Source: the human T2T-CHM13v2.0 reference genome, Homo sapiens
DNA length: 64,000 nt
Strand: one strand, 5' to 3'
Assembly (NCBI RefSeq): GCF_009914755.1
Contig: NC_060930.1
A program made the translations under genes and the position numbers. Shown in pieces: positions 27,373 through 42,637 of the stretch (its first letter is position 1; each line of letters opens with the position of its first letter). Under the pieces are notes generated by a model that saw nothing but the letters and a program-made list of their open reading frames with translations, was not told where the DNA came from and did not search any database.

Positions 27373-28158
27373 GTAGAGAGTCCCATTTTAGGGCCCTACA
27401 GGCCACCCCAGCATAGAAAAGACGGAAAATCTTGAATTCCTTCAAGGGAAATTCCAGGCACCTAGTTAGCCCTGAGAAGTAAATAAGTAACCTGATTAGC
27501 AAAACAGCAATAATAGCCTCAAACAATAGCCAAGGAAGTTTGGGTCCAGATGTGTTTGGTTTCCTATAGAAACTAAATATAGCATTTTAACATATGTCCC
27601 ATAGTTGTCTTTCAGAAAACCAGCCTCCCACCGAGATCCCCATAAACGGATTCACTGGCACATAAACCCTAGATAAGGAGGAATTGAACACTAAGCTCTG
27701 ACCACTGTAATTTGTTCTAAATTTCTTCCTGAGGAGTTTGGAGGGAGTCACACACCCAGGCTAGTTAACACTTTTTTTTTTTCTGCTGACCCCAAATTTT
27801 TAAACAAAGCTTCTCTCTTCCTTCACAATTAGAAGTCAGAAAGTTTTTGAATGTACCTACCACCTATAAGCCCCCCTTCAACATATCCCACCCTTTTAGG
27901 CCAAAACCAATGTGTAACCTCCATATATTGATTTATGGTTTGGCCTATAGTTTCTGCTTTCCTGAAATTTTCCCCTGCCTTTAAAAACTGTTACTGCCAA
28001 GCCATCAAGGAAGTCAAAATTTGAGCATTAGCTGCCTGGTCTTACTTGCTTTGTACCTGTAAATAATAATGCCTTCGTTTCTGTCTCTGCAAAAACCTCT
28101 ATGTGGATATCTGGTTTTACTGCACCTGGCAAGTGGACCCCAGTTTTGTTCGATAACA
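27373..28158 (+). mobile_element. ERV1 solo LTR (MER39/MER34-like)
   Basis: LTR-like composition ending ggaccccagttttgttcgataaca. Subfamily uncertain. Confidence 0.55.
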
Positions 28159-28601
28159 GCAACAAAAGAGCCGAAGCTGAGTCATAAGCAGCATCTCAAG
28201 GAGGCTGTCCATTAAATTAGTATCACTTCTATCCTTTCTGGTTTGGGTGTTTTTTGTTTTTTGTTGTGTTTTTTTTTTTCCCAAACCTATGATTTACTCA
28301 AATATATTTCCAATGGCTTTTTTTTCTTAAGTTTAACCAGAGTTTGTTTCTGTTATATAAAACCAAAGAATCAAAATTGACACACTCAAATCCAACTTTG
28401 GTTTCCACTTCCTGAAAATGGTCCACATTAGAGATTTTGAAACTTAAAAGAGACACCTCAAGAGTTCTGAGAAAAAACATCCATACTCCAGAGCAAAGGT
28501 TCTTAACCTGGGATCTTTGGATGAGATTCAGGTAGCACCTAAACCTCCCACAATTGTACTTATTTTCTTTTATAGAAATTCATAGCTTTCATCAGGTTCT
28601 T

Positions 28602-28900
28602 TTTTATGAGGGGTTGGGGGACAGGGTCTCACTCTGTCACCCAGGCTGGAGTGCAGTGGTATGATCTCGGCTCACTGCAGCCTCAACCTCCCAGGCTCAA
28701 GTGATCCTCTCACGTTGGCCTACTAAGTATCTGGGGCCACAGGTGTGCTCCACCACCACTCCTGGCTAATGTTTGTATTTTGTGTAGAGACAGGATTTCA
28801 CTATGTTGCCCAGGCTGGTCTCAAGTTGGGGTCAAGTGGTCTGCACACCTTGATCTCTCAAAGTGCTGGGATTACAGGTATGAGCCACAGTGCCCAACCC
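28602..28900 (-). mobile_element. AluJ SINE
   Basis: Diverged reverse Alu (ggctcaagtgatcctc) with TSD tcatcaggttctt. Confidence 0.88.
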
Positions 28901-29088
28901 TCATCAGGTTCTTAAAGAATATGTAACCATAAAATACTGCTGTTCTGGAAATTTAGTTTTCAAATAGCATAAGGAAGTACAACAATAAAAGATTTTCATC
29001 TAGTGAAATTTTTTTTTTGAAGAATGGCTTAATTACTTGGAGAAATTCACTTGGAAATAATTAAAGCTATTTGATATTAGAATGTATC

Positions 29089-29946
29089 TATAAACCAAAA
29101 ATAAAATTCTAAGCTCCCCAATCAATTAAATGGAACCCTCCTCTCAGCCAGGGTCATTCTTAACTTAACCTGAAAAGCTAGTTCAGGTCATGAGGGGATA
29201 TGGGGATCAGACATACCTCATTATATTCTCCTCCCATTGGAATTCAGGCACAGCTGACTAGCATTAACATTAAAACAGAGATGTTAAGACTTACAAAGTC
29301 AACTCTTTGTAGCAATAAGATGCCAACATGACAGATAGCAGGCCCTAAAAGAAATCAAAGTATTTTACCCCAAAATATATTTCTTTGGTATATTTTGAAA
29401 TGGCCCTGCAAAGCTGCCTCTTGTGGGGAAAATCTAAATTCTGTAGTGAATCTTCTTCCCTTTCCAGGTCTTTTTCCAGAAGAGAATTAACTAAGAGTCT
29501 GGCACCTTTTTAAGTCTGATAAGAAACATTTGCAATCAATTCTCCCTGAAGCCCGCTACCTGGAGACTTCATCTACATAATAAAAGCCTCCATCTCCACA
29601 ATTTCTTATCTTAACCCAGACACTCCCTTCTACTGATTCCAGGTCTTTAGAGAAACCCTTTCAACCAATGGCCAATCAGGAAATCTTCAAATTCACCCAT
29701 GACCTGGAAGCCCATCAACCAGTCCCTCTTTGAGTCCTTCCACCTTCTCAGACTAAACCAACATACATCTTATATGTATTGATTGATGTCTTGTGTCTTT
29801 CTAAAACATATAAAACCAAGCTGTAGCCCAACCTTGGGCACGTGTTCTCAGGATCTCTTGAGTCTGTGTCATGGGTACATCCTTAACTTTGGCAAAATAA
29901 ACTTCTAAATTAATTGAGATCTGTCTCAGATACTTTTTGGTTTACA
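29089..29946 (+). mobile_element. MER4 solo LTR
   Basis: Starts tataaaccaaaaataaaattctaagc, ends ttggtttaca. 4-bp TSD tatc on both sides. Confidence 0.82.
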
Positions 29947-30189
29947 TATCTACAAAAGATATTATGAAATTTATTTCTCTGAAGGTCCTGAAATATAATG
30001 TAAATTCTTTGGTTTAAATTTGTCCTCCTTGAAAAGACTGAGTTGGTTATCTTGGGAATTTTGAATACTTTCCAGTCCTATGCTTCAAGATTTCATATTG
30101 TGAACAAAAATAGGATGATATGTAAATACAAAATAATTTATCATGTCAGAGCTGTAGGCCAGCAGGTTTTAAGAAGGGAATAAGAGCAA

Positions 30190-30625
30190 AGAGATGTTCT
30201 ACAGGGAGCAGGTCTATGCAAACCTACCTCCAAGTCCAAGGAAGCTAAGAAGCTGAAGAAAGAGACTGACATATCCAGTTTCTCAGAAGAGAACATTTAA
30301 TAAGGATTTACAAACAGAAACCATGTCTGTGTCTCAGATGGCAGCAAGACAAGATAGTGGATTCCTGCACCATTACCCACCCGACTCAGAGTTTATTTGC
30401 CATAGAGAAAGAATATGTGATTCAGAAGGGATATGTAGGAGAATTGAAGTACAACAACATCAAGGTTGTTTTGATGTAAGGGCAGTACATTTAGGTAAGT
30501 ACATGCCCTTACACAAGGAATAATAGATAAACTGGAAATCTTAAAGGCCTTCCCAGAAATGTCATTAAACAGAAGGCAACATGACAGATTAGCATCCAAA
30601 ATAGAGTTGCTTTGGCCTCCACAGG
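30190..30625 (-). mobile_element. Probable old ERV1 LTR
   Basis: LTR-like motifs ending ctttggcctccaca. Boundaries are approximate. Confidence 0.4.
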
Positions 30626-31321
30626 TATTTAGCTGGAAAGTTTCAATTGAGAAGTAAAGGTGGGGACTCTCTCTTTCTGGAGTAGAACTGTCATGTGGGA
30701 GGTTAGAGAACTGAGGTGAGTAAAGATTCATTGGCTCGAATTAGTACACCACCCAAATGTTGCATTTGTGAATGTCAACATGAATTTTTGTTTGTTGTTT
30801 AGCAAACAAACCTCTTTATGTTTACAAAAGTGTTAAATAGATCCAAACACTACGGCAAGAAAATAAGCGTGTTTCAATCAGGGAGAAAAATAGAGTGCTT
30901 ACTCAAATATACAACTTTGCAGGCTTTGGTGTTCTTGTAAATCTGGTGGAATAATTAATTGAAAGGTGTTTTCTGTCCAGGCAGCTTTTGGTAGAACTCA
31001 CCATCTATCTCAATGTACGCAAATGTTCTGTTCCACAAGTTAAAGACAGAACATGAAGAAAACTGCATGTGATTTACACTGCCAAGAGAATTTGGAAGTT
31101 CAGTATACTTATTTAAAATTGGAATTTAGCCCAGACTCTATTCTTGATAAAGGGAAAAAAGAAAAAAAAAACACTTTAATAAAGTACAAGAACATTGGTT
31201 AATTGAGGATATAACACACATTTTCCAAGTAAAATTTCTGTTCAATCCTGCATAAAGGGTCAAGTGTGGCTCTTGATATACCAGTTCACCTTTTACATTT
31301 AAATAACAAGTTTCTTACCTT

Positions 31322-32216
31322 GGTGAAAAAAGCCAAAGCCTAAAATATTTGAAAAGATTTATTCTGAGTCAAATAAGAGTGACCATGGCCCATAGCCCAG
31401 CTTCAAGAGGTCTGGAGAACATGTGCCTCAACTGGTTGAGTTACAGAGGTGGTGGGTTTACAGTGGTAACAGAAGTTACATGTAAAGACATAAGTCAATT
31501 CATGAAAGGTATATATTGGTTCAGCCTGGAAAGTGGGTCACTGGGACATCTAAAGGGTGAAGGAGCTTACAAGTCATAGGTGGATTCAAAGATTTTCTGA
31601 TTGGCAATTGGTTGAAAGAGTGAAGTTTTGCCTAAGAAGTTGAAGTCAGAGCAGAAAGAAATGCCTGAATTAAGATAAGGGAGTTGTGGAAGCCAGGGTT
31701 TTGTTATGTAGATGAAGCCTCAGGTAGTAGGCTTCAGAGAAAATCAATGGTAAATGTCTTTTCTTGGACCATAAAAGGTGTTAGATTCTCAGTTAAGTCT
31801 GTCCTGGATTAGGAAAAGACCTAGAAAGGGAAGAAGATACTCTACAGTTTTCCTTACAAGAGATGACTTTGCAGAGCCATATCAAAATATGTAAAAGAAA
31901 ATATATTTGGGGATAAAATACTTTGAATTGCTTCAGGATCTCCTATGTGTCCTGTGATGCTATACCAGTCAGGTCGGACTTCGGTATCTTATTGCTACAA
32001 ACAGTCTACTTTATCAGTCTTATGATCTCTATTTTATTGTTAATGCTGGCCTGTTGTGCCTAAACTCCAAATGGAGAGGTTATAACAGGCGTGTCCAACT
32101 GCCCCCCTTTCCTGTCATAGCCTGAATTAGTTTTTTCAGGTTTCTTTGGCATTCCTTTGGCCAAGGGGAGTCCATTCAATTAGTTGGGGGGCTTAGAATT
32201 TTATTTTTGGTTTACA
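31322..32216 (-). mobile_element. MER4 solo LTR (reverse)
   Basis: Ends gcttagaattttatttttggtttaca, the reverse complement of the MER4 5' end. Confidence 0.8.
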
Positions 32217-33472
32217 TTTATCTATTTGCTTTTCCAAAAATCTATTTGATAGACTCTGACTTCCAATCTGATTTTTTAGCCTCCCCACAAATCACAGTTG
32301 TAAATTCTGGAAATGATGCAGCAGAAAACCAAAGTAGAACTCTGAAAAGTGGTAAGAAGGTGAGCTGATTTTAGACCTCATGGCTGGGGGAAAAGCACAG
32401 CAGCACGGAGGCTTGCCTTCCCCCTGCCACCCACCCAACACACAAATGCTACCCAGACCTATTGTTTTCTGACCAGCAAAATAGCAAAGGAAGGAAGCCA
32501 AGGTAGGTTTTGTTTTCTCCTGCTTAGAATGTGAGTCCTTCTGACAACATCAGGTGAACAGACACCACTGGTAATGGTGATTGATTGACAGCCTTGCCAT
32601 AAACAGGCAGCCAATGGAAACATTAACGTTCCCTGCCTGTCCTGAGACTCCCTTTTTCCACTGAGAGGTACTGAGCAGGTCAACGGAGCTGGCAGAGGGT
32701 ACCAAGCTATGGCTGGTGCCTGGTCAAGGAAGCCTATTTGTCCCCATGAACTCAAGATTCTTCTCCCACCTAGAGATACAGATACCAGGCAGGGAAACAA
32801 AGAACTCAGTTTATAGCAAGTAGCCCTATATAGGAAGTCTTTTTGTGCCTGCAGCAGGAAAGTCTTCTCCCCTGGCCAGAGATAATAGAGAAGGCAGAAG
32901 GCACTGGTAGGGGAATCCCACCATGCCCCATTCCCATTAAGAGACATCCAGCAGCTGGCCTAAAGAAACCCTATTTTGTCCCTTAGGCAGCACCAGTAGA
33001 AACCAATGTGAACTCCCAAAGCACCAGATAAACCAGGTGGATGAAAATAATACCACAAAGGCTCTGACAATCAAAATGCCATTATACCTACAACCTACAA
33101 AAATAAGCAAAGACCTGTATGCTAAAACTAAGCAGTGAGACAATCCTCTAAAATAAAAGATTAAAATAAGACTCAGTGTTTCCTGACAAAATAGGGGGGA
33201 AAGTCTAGAATGAAATTTAAAATAACCTTTCATAACAAGAACCAGAAAATCACAACTTGAATGAGAAAAGGAGTTGATATCAACACTGAGATAAATCAGA
33301 TGTTGGAATTATCTCACAAAGATTTTATAGTAGTTATCATAAAAATGCTTCAGATATCAATTATAAATTCTCTTGAAACAAATTATAAGTAGAACATATC
33401 AGAAAAAAATAGGAGTTATTAAAAAGAGAAATGGAAATCGTAGAACTGAAAATACAATAAAAGAAATAATCT

Positions 33473-33860
<388 letters not shown>

Positions 33861-34658
33861 TCAAATTCACTCTTATAACAAGAACCATTGTGAACAATAG
33901 GAAGAAAACAGATTCCTTAAAACGTCAAAGCCTCAGGGACCTGTAAGATGATAACAAAAAAATCCATCATTCATGTCAGCAGAGTCCCAGAAGAAAAGGA
34001 GAAAAAGTGGGGCTGAAAGAGTGTTTGAAGAAATAATGGCTGACACAAGACACAAACCTACGGATCCAAGAAGCTGAGTGAATCCCAAACAGCATAAACT
34101 CAAAGAAACCTATGGCAAAATACCTAATTAAAGTTTTGAATAGCGAAAATAAGGAAAACGTCTCGAAACCAGCCAGAGAGAAATGATACATTATCTATAT
34201 GGGAACACTCACTTAAAGGATGATAGATTTCTCATCTGAAACCACAGAAGCCAGGAAGAAAGTGGCATAATATTTTCAAATGCTGAAAGAAAAATAAATA
34301 AATAAATAAAACAACTGTCAACACAGAATTGTGGTGAAACTATCCTTCATAAATGGAAGGAAAATAAAAACATTCTCACGAGGAGGAAAACTAAAAGCAT
34401 TATCAGAGATATGGTGGTTAAAGGAAATTCTCAAAAAGAAAGAAAAGGATAAAAGAAGTAATCTTGCAGCATCAGGAAGGAAGAAGGAATAACAGAGCAT
34501 TTTTCTAATGGGCTTTATAAACTTATTAAAATTACAAATTATCGCAGCATCTTGCATCCAAGATGATAATATTTAAAGTTTGGAAATGTAAAGGAACTCA
34601 AATGGAAGTGAGGCTTCTATACTTCACTCGAAGTGGTAAAATGTTGATACCAGTAGAC

Positions 34659-34663
<5 letters not shown>

Positions 34664-34708
<45 letters not shown>

Positions 34709-34815
34709 GTGTGTATATATATATATGTGTATTATACTATATATGTATATATACACTATATATATGTATACATATAAATATATGTTATATATGTGTATAT
34801 ATACTATATATATAT
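34664..34815. repeat. (TA)n microsatellite plus degenerate AT-rich repeat
   Basis: About 21 perfect TA units (34664-34706), then a mixed TA/TG/CA tract. Confidence 0.95.
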
Positions 34816-35472
34816 CTAGAGCAACCACAACAAATTATACAAAGATACACATTCAAAAACTCTAAAAATAAATCAAGATAACATCTTAAAAATAGCTCTT
34901 CAAGTATCTCACAGGAAAGTAAGACAAAAGAAACAGAGAAACAAAACCAGAACAAACCAGTAGTAAGTAAATAATAAAATGGCAGACTTAAGTGCTTACA
35001 TATCAATAATTACTAAATGTAAATTATCTAATAGACCAATCAAAAAAGATACATTGGCAAAGTGGATAGAAAAGCACAGTTCAACTGTAGTGATTACAAG
35101 AAACTTATTTTAAATTTAGCAACATGGGTAGAAAGGTAAAAGTGGGCAAAATCATGCAAATATTAATATTTAAATAGCATGAAAGGCTATATTAATATAG
35201 CAAAGAAACTAGAGACAAAGAGCGATATTACATAATAATAAAGGGATTAACCCACTAGGAAGACATAGCAAGCCTAAATGCATATGTACCAACTAACAGA
35301 GTTTCAACACATATGAAACAAAAATTGATAGAACTGAAAGGAGAAATAAGCACAAACATACTAGATTTCCATAGCCTCCCCCAGAAATTGATAGAACAAC
35401 TAAGAAGAAAATTAGCAAGGACATAGGATATCCTAAAAACACTGTCTATCAATAGGATCTAAGTGACACATA

Positions 35473-35713
35473 CAGGTTGAGTACCCTTTATCCAAAATGC
35501 TTGGGACAAGATCTGTTTCAGATTTTGATATTTCTGGATTTTTAAAATACCTGCATTATACTTACTGACTGAGCAACCCCAATTAAAAAAACAAAAACTG
35601 AAATTTAAAATGTTTCAATGAGTATTTCTTTTGAGCATTATGTTGGTGCTCAAAAAGTTTTGGATTGCAGAGCATTTTGGATTTGGGATTTTAGATTAGA
35701 AATATAAAACCTA
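35473..35713 (+). mobile_element. Tigger4a/MER46-like non-autonomous DNA transposon
   Basis: TA-flanked caggttgagtaccct...aaacctata termini and internal gattttgga repeats. Confidence 0.75.
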
Positions 35714-37021
35714 TATAGAACACTGCACTGATCAACAGCAGAATACAAATTTTTTTTTGAGTGCCCATGAAAGTTCACCAAGGTAAATTATATTCTGGGT
35801 TATAAAATAAGCCTTGACAAATTTTAAAAACTTGAAATTATAAGAGTGTTCTCTAACAATAATGGAGTCAAAGTACAAATCAGTAACAGAAAGAAAATCA
35901 GAAAGTAAATACATGAAAATTAAACACAGTTTAAAATAATTAAATAATATATAGGTCAAAGAGGACATCTCCATTGAAATAAAATAATATAGAGAGCTTA
36001 TAAGAAGAAAAAACCCAGAACAAACAAAAATAATAAATATAAGAGAAAAACATCAATAAAGTTAAAAATAGAAAAATAATAAAATCAATTAAATAGCAAG
36101 GTTGGTCTTCAGAAAATAAATTGATAAATCTCTAGCAAGACTGACAAAAATAAGAGACACAATCACCAACAGGAATAAAGTAGATCCTGGACTCATCAAA
36201 GAAAAAAGAAGAAAAAGATAATATTATGAATACTTTTATGCTCACATATTTTACAACTTAGAATAAATGAACTAATTCCTCGATGACAGCAACTACCAAA
36301 CTCAACCAAGATTAAATTGGCCATCTAAATAGCCCTATGATGATAAATGAAATATAACTCATAATTTAAAAGCTCCTAAGAAAGAGATCTCAGGCCCAGA
36401 TGGTTTCACTGATGAAATCTTCCAAACATTTAATAAAGTATAAACAACGATTTTACATGATCTCTTCCAGATAATAGAGATAAGGGAATGCTTCTCAAAT
36501 CATTTGATCTGAAACCATTGATGATATCAAAACCAGACATAGCCAGTATAACCAAGGAAAACTAAAGACCAATATCTCTCGTGAACTTAGACACAAAAAA
36601 TCCTCTACAAAATAGTAGCAAACAAAACACAACAATGTATATTAAAAAATTAAGCCCCATTATGAAATGGGAATTATTCCAGGTATGCAAGGCTGATTCA
36701 TCATTCTTAAATCAATGTAATCCACCACATCAACAGAATACAAGAAGAAAATTTACATGATCATATAAATCAATGTAGAAAAAACAATGAGCAATATTCA
36801 ACACATATTTATGTTAAAAACTCTCAGAATCATAAAAATAGAGGAAAATGTTCAACTTGACTAAACATATCTCCAAAAAGCCTATAGCTAATGTCATACT
36901 CAATAGTGAAAGACAATGCTTTCTATCCAAGATCAGGAACAAATACTGATGTTGGCTTTCACTACTTTTATTCTACATACTGTAAGTTCTAGCTACTGCA
37001 ATAAAAAATAAAAAAACACAT

Positions 37022-37120
37022 GAAAGAAAGAAAGAGATAGAGAGAAAGGAAGGAAGGAAGAAAGGAAGGAAGGAAGGAAGGGAGGGCGGGAGGGAGGAAG
37101 GAAGGAAAGAAGGAAGGGAA
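37022..37120. repeat. (GAAA)/(GGAA)n purine-rich microsatellite
   Basis: Directly visible. Confidence 0.9.
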
Positions 37121-38694
37121 ATCTTTATTTGAAGATGACATGATTACTAATGTAGGAAATCTCAAGAAATCTACCAACCAAACCTTGTAGAACTAATGCA
37201 TGAGTTGAGAAAAGTCACAAGATACAAGATTAACATGCAAAAATTAACTACATTTCCATACACTAACAGTGAACATATAGAAACCTAAATTAACAACACA
37301 ATACAATTTATAATCCATTCCACAGAAAATAAAATACTTAGAAGTATCTTTAGCAAATTATGTACAGGACCTGTATGCTGAAATTTATAAATTGATGATA
37401 AAAGAAATTAAAGAAGATCCAACAAAATGAAAAGACACACTGTTTATAAATTGGAGGACTCAGAAAAGATGTCAGTTCTCCCCAGTCTAATCTAGAGTTT
37501 GAAGATAATTTGAAGATAAACACTTAAAATTTCTCCTAAGTTTTTCTATAGATACACACCAGCTTATTTTAAAATTTATGTGGGAAGGCACAAACCCTAG
37601 AATATCTAAAGCCATACTGATAAAGGACAATAAAGTAGGGGGCAGTACTCTACCCAACATTAAGACTTATCATCTAGCTATTACAATCAAAACAGTGGAC
37701 TATTGGCAGAATGATAGACAATGGATCAATGGAACAGAATAGTAAATCCAGAAATATACCCACACAAATATGCCCAATTAATTTTTGACAAAGATACAAA
37801 GCCATTTCAATGGAGGAAAAATAGCCTTTCAGTAAATGGTTCCAGAAAAAGTGAACATCCATGGGAAAAAATAAAAAGAGAAAATAACCTCAACCTAAAC
37901 CTCACAATTTAGACAATATTTAACTCAAAATGGATCATAGACTGAACTTGTAAAACTACAAAACTTTTAGAAAAAACATAGAATATAGTATTTGGATTAG
38001 ACATGATTCTTAGATTTGATACCAAAAATCACAATTCATAAAAGGAAAAATATCAATTAATTGGGCATCATCATAATTAAAAATTTGCTCTGTGAAACAT
38101 GTGGAGAGGATGAAAAGTCAAGCCGCACTAGGAGAAAATATTTGCAAACTACATATCTGACAAAGGACTAGTATCTAGAATACACAAAGAATTCTCAAAA
38201 CTCAACTACAATCAATACAATTAGAAAATTGGCAAATGACATGAACAGATGTTACTGAAGAAGATATGGGATGGTAAGCCCAAAAAAGATGGTCATCATC
38301 ATTAGCAATTAGGGAAATGCACATTTAAATCACAATGTGATATCATTACATACCTGTCAGAAGGTCTAAAATAAAATATAGCGACAATACCAAATGCTGT
38401 GAGGACACAAAGAAGCTAAATCATTCATATATTGATGGTAGTAATATGAAATGGTAAAACCAGTCTGAAAAACAATTTGGTAGTTCTTTAAAAAAAAATA
38501 AGCCTACAACTACCAGATGACCCAGTAATTGAACATTTGGGTACTTATCCCAGAGAAATAAAAACTTATGTTCTCACAAACACTTTTACAAGAATGTTCA
38601 TAGTTGCTTTATTTGTAATTGCCCAAAATAAGAATCACCTCCAATGTATTTCAATAGTTAAATGACTAAACAAACTGTAGTGTACATATGTATG

Positions 38695-38765
38695 TGGATG
38701 GATGGATGGATGGATGGATGGATGGATGGATGGATGGATGGATAGATGGATGGAGATAGATACAT
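38695..38765. repeat. (GGAT)n tetranucleotide repeat
   Basis: About 11 perfect GGAT units, then degenerate. Confidence 0.95.
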
Positions 38766-40062
38766 AGACACATACACACACAACTTGGAATAGTACTCAG
38801 CAATGAAATGGGATGAACTATTGATACATGCCACAAGTTGGATAAATCTTCTAGGAATTATTTTGAGTGAAAAAAGCCAATCACAAAGGGTTATAGAATG
38901 TATCACCCAATTTATATAACATTGTTGAAATGACAAAATTTTAGAAATGGAGGGCAGATTAGTGGTTACCAGGGTTTGGAAGAAGGTGTGTAGTTTAGTC
39001 ATAAAGGTCCACACAAGGTACCCTCGTCGTGTTGGAAGTGCACAGTATATTGACTGTGGTGGTGGATACACAAACCTACCTAGATGATAAAATTGTATTG
39101 AGCTAAATAAACTCACACAAATGAGTTCAACTAAAACTATGGAAATCTGAGTATTATGGAAGGATTGTATCAGTGTCAGTATCCTGGCTGTGACATTATA
39201 CTACAGCAGAATACTGACTGGCTCTCTCCCTGAGGGGCTTGGGCTCTATTGAGATTTGCCCTGACCAGCTATGTTTTGCTTGCTTTATCCCTTGGTATGA
39301 ATTGAATTATAGCAAGCACAAGGTTGTCAGCAGTCTCCGCTGCTCTCACAATGAGAAGTTCAAGGCACAAACAAGAGCTTAGCAGGGTGATGATAAACCA
39401 TGAGGATGATAAAGAAACACTTTGAATGGCGAGATTTTCCTTAAAGGCTCAAAAGAAGCACTGATTGCTCCTTGAATTCTCAACCCACATACCAAGCATT
39501 TGAAACACATCCTCAATTATTTGAAATCAGTATATTAATCCTGGCTTCCAAAGAGAAATGAAAACTACTTAATTAGCATTCCTTTCCAAGTGACTTTTCC
39601 CATCTGTTACACTTTAATTTGGCTGGAATTTTGTGTGTTAAGACACAGAGTGAAGACAAGTTAATTATGAAATCGCTTGATGCTACATTTAAAGATCTGT
39701 TGAGGTGTGAAATGATTCCCAGGCCTCAGATGCAATGCTGAGTAATGGAGTACCCAGAATAATCATAATCTGTAAAGACTTAAAACCAAAGAAACCCAAG
39801 GAAGAAAAAAGTTTGATGTGGCAAATTAATTTACTTCAATTCCCAGCAAAATTAAATTTCATTATGTAAATTTTTTCATTAGCAAGACAGAAAATAGAGC
39901 TGTTTGTATAAATCTGCAGTGATTCAATATCCTCCCCTTAGTTCTCCCATATTCTTCCTTTTACTTTTCACTTCTATCCATCTCCTCCTCACAATTGCTA
40001 GAAGACATACACATGCTTATATCTCAAGGAAGGAAGGTCTGTTCACTCTGTGCTCTTTGAAT

Positions 40063-40116
40063 ACTTAATTAGACTGCACTCTATCAAAGACTTAATTAGA
40101 CTGCACTCTACCAAAG
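40063..40116. repeat. 27-bp tandem duplication
   Basis: acttaattagactgcactcta[t/c]caaag x2. Confidence 0.9.
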
Positions 40117-42324
40117 AGTGTTGCCACTGGGTAATTCATCTGAGTCTATCTTGGTGTTATTTTGCTTCCCTTTAACATCCATTAATTTGCCGATGAGCGC
40201 CTCCCTGTCTTCGGTCTGGCAGTGGACAGAGGCTTGCTGTCACATTTTCAGGAACTTCCCACTTCACTACTCGGCCTCATTTACCTGTGTCCCCAGAAGG
40301 CAGATGTGTGGAACGAATTCAGGGTTTCCACATTAAAGCATTCCCGTGACCCAGTCTCTTCTTCCCTTAAAAATGACAACAAAGAGCAACATAAGAAGGA
40401 AACAAGAATTAATAAATGGTAGCTATATATGCGTTAGATGGAGAAAAAAATAGATTCCATTTGTCATTTTAAATTATGATGCACAAAATGAAAAGGCTTA
40501 CTTTACCTTGGAGTCCAAAACAAGAGAGGCATCTCTATCAGGCAGCAGCAGGAGTGTAGAAACAGAGCTAGTGCTAGACCCCCAAATCTATGGTCCCGTC
40601 AAATGAACATTTATTCAGATTTAGTCAAATTTACACATTTATTCAAATTCTCCCACTGGCAGTCATATATAGTACAGGAAAATCTATTCCAAAAGCTCAG
40701 CACATCTTATAGCCTTAATTTTTTACAAAGTTAATACATGTTCATTTTAAAAAACTGGAACAAGATAGATGATAAGTTAAAGATAGATGATATATATTAA
40801 TAGATGGATGATAGATAGAAATAGTAGCTGCAAAGTGTAGGCTATCTACTGTATCTGGCACTATTGTCATTGATTACTACATTTAATTATCACAACGACC
40901 CTGTGAAGTAGAATATTCCTGATGTTCAGATTTTTTTTAAGCAATTTTAAGGAGTAAGGTGTTATGTTACTCAAAATCTTATAGTTAACAAGTTACAGAG
41001 CTGCGATGTGATCCTTTGCATTGTGTCTCAAGATCCTGTAATGAATGACAAGTATGAAATACAGACCTGGACATAATTGTTATTAATAGGGTCATTTCAG
41101 ATCAGTCCAGGCCTTTTTTTTTTTTTTTTTTTACAAAAGTGAGATCATACTTATATAATACTCAGCAACTTGCTCTTTCTCACTCAGCAATCATAGATAA
41201 CCTTGCATGTCATTCTGCATACATCTCCTTAATACATTCATGCTTTGGTTAACAACTTTCCTGCTTAGCAACATACCTGAAACTGTGCCACTGTGTAAAA
41301 TCATTCAATTGAAAACGATATTTACATCAATTTTAGTGAGAAAAAATATAATTCCTTTCCACCCAACCTAACCTTTCGACCCTATTTTTCTCTATTTTCA
41401 TGGAGAAAAATAGAATGACAATAAAACCAAGCTCATATAAACAATAAAAAACAATTTGAAGGAAAATAAAGTCAGTTTTTCCTAAATGAAATAAATGTAA
41501 TAATGCAGTGAAGCCTTAGTGGACTCACTAGGAAGGAAGAGAGTGTGAGTTGTGTGGTGAAGGAAAGGCACAGGGAGTCATTTATAGAAAGTGGAGGGAG
41601 TACAGCAGTTAACTTTCAGCCAAGGGAGCAGTATCTCATACCAAGTGGAGTGGGCTGCCATGAAGGATGGCAGAACTTTTCATTCCTTTTCCTTCTTCAG
41701 TCCTCTTTTATCACAACCCATCTTTTATTTCATGCTTGAAGTTTTTCCCGCTTTTCTTTCTATAACATTTACTTTTTCACTTTTTGAGACAATTGGGGGC
41801 TTGGGATTATCTTTAATTCAATTCATAAAGTTGCAACACAGAATGTTTAAGGCACAGAACACAAGAACACTTGGAAACAGTGCATGCACGTAAAATGCCA
41901 GTCATAGAAATTGCTGTCTTTATCCCTCTTGGTCTTCGAAAATGTCTTGGGTTCATACAAATATGACAGCAGTTCAAATCTGTCCCACATCTCTTCTCTG
42001 CATAGAAACTGTGTTGAGAAAATTTCTGAGTGTGTTCTTGTCTAAAATAAAAAATATTATTTTTAGATTATATTTATTTTGTATGTTTTCAGGTGAAAGC
42101 ATAAACAAGAAGAGTCATCGAAAAAGTGGTATAAATTACCCCAAAAAAGTTATGGTGAAAAGTTACTAATTGAAAAATCATTTTACAGTAAGTCTATGAT
42201 TTTGGTAACTTATAAAATTACATATAGTGAATAAACTATAAACTGTTTAACCAGTCCTTATTAATGGATTTTTAAATTAGCATGATTTTATACCATTGCA
42301 GATGATATTGAAATATGTGCTTTC

Positions 42325-42637
<313 letters not shown>

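Noticed and set aside
29089-32216. Two MER4 LTRs as the ends of one provirus
   Set aside because: Opposite orientations, the first has its own TSD, and no internal gag/pol remnants are evident.
32459-33233. 162-aa and 98-aa minus-strand ORFs
   Set aside because: Antisense to the 5' region of an old L1, with no recognisable protein features.
34563-34865. YI-repeat ORFs on both strands
   Set aside because: Translation of a (TA)n microsatellite.
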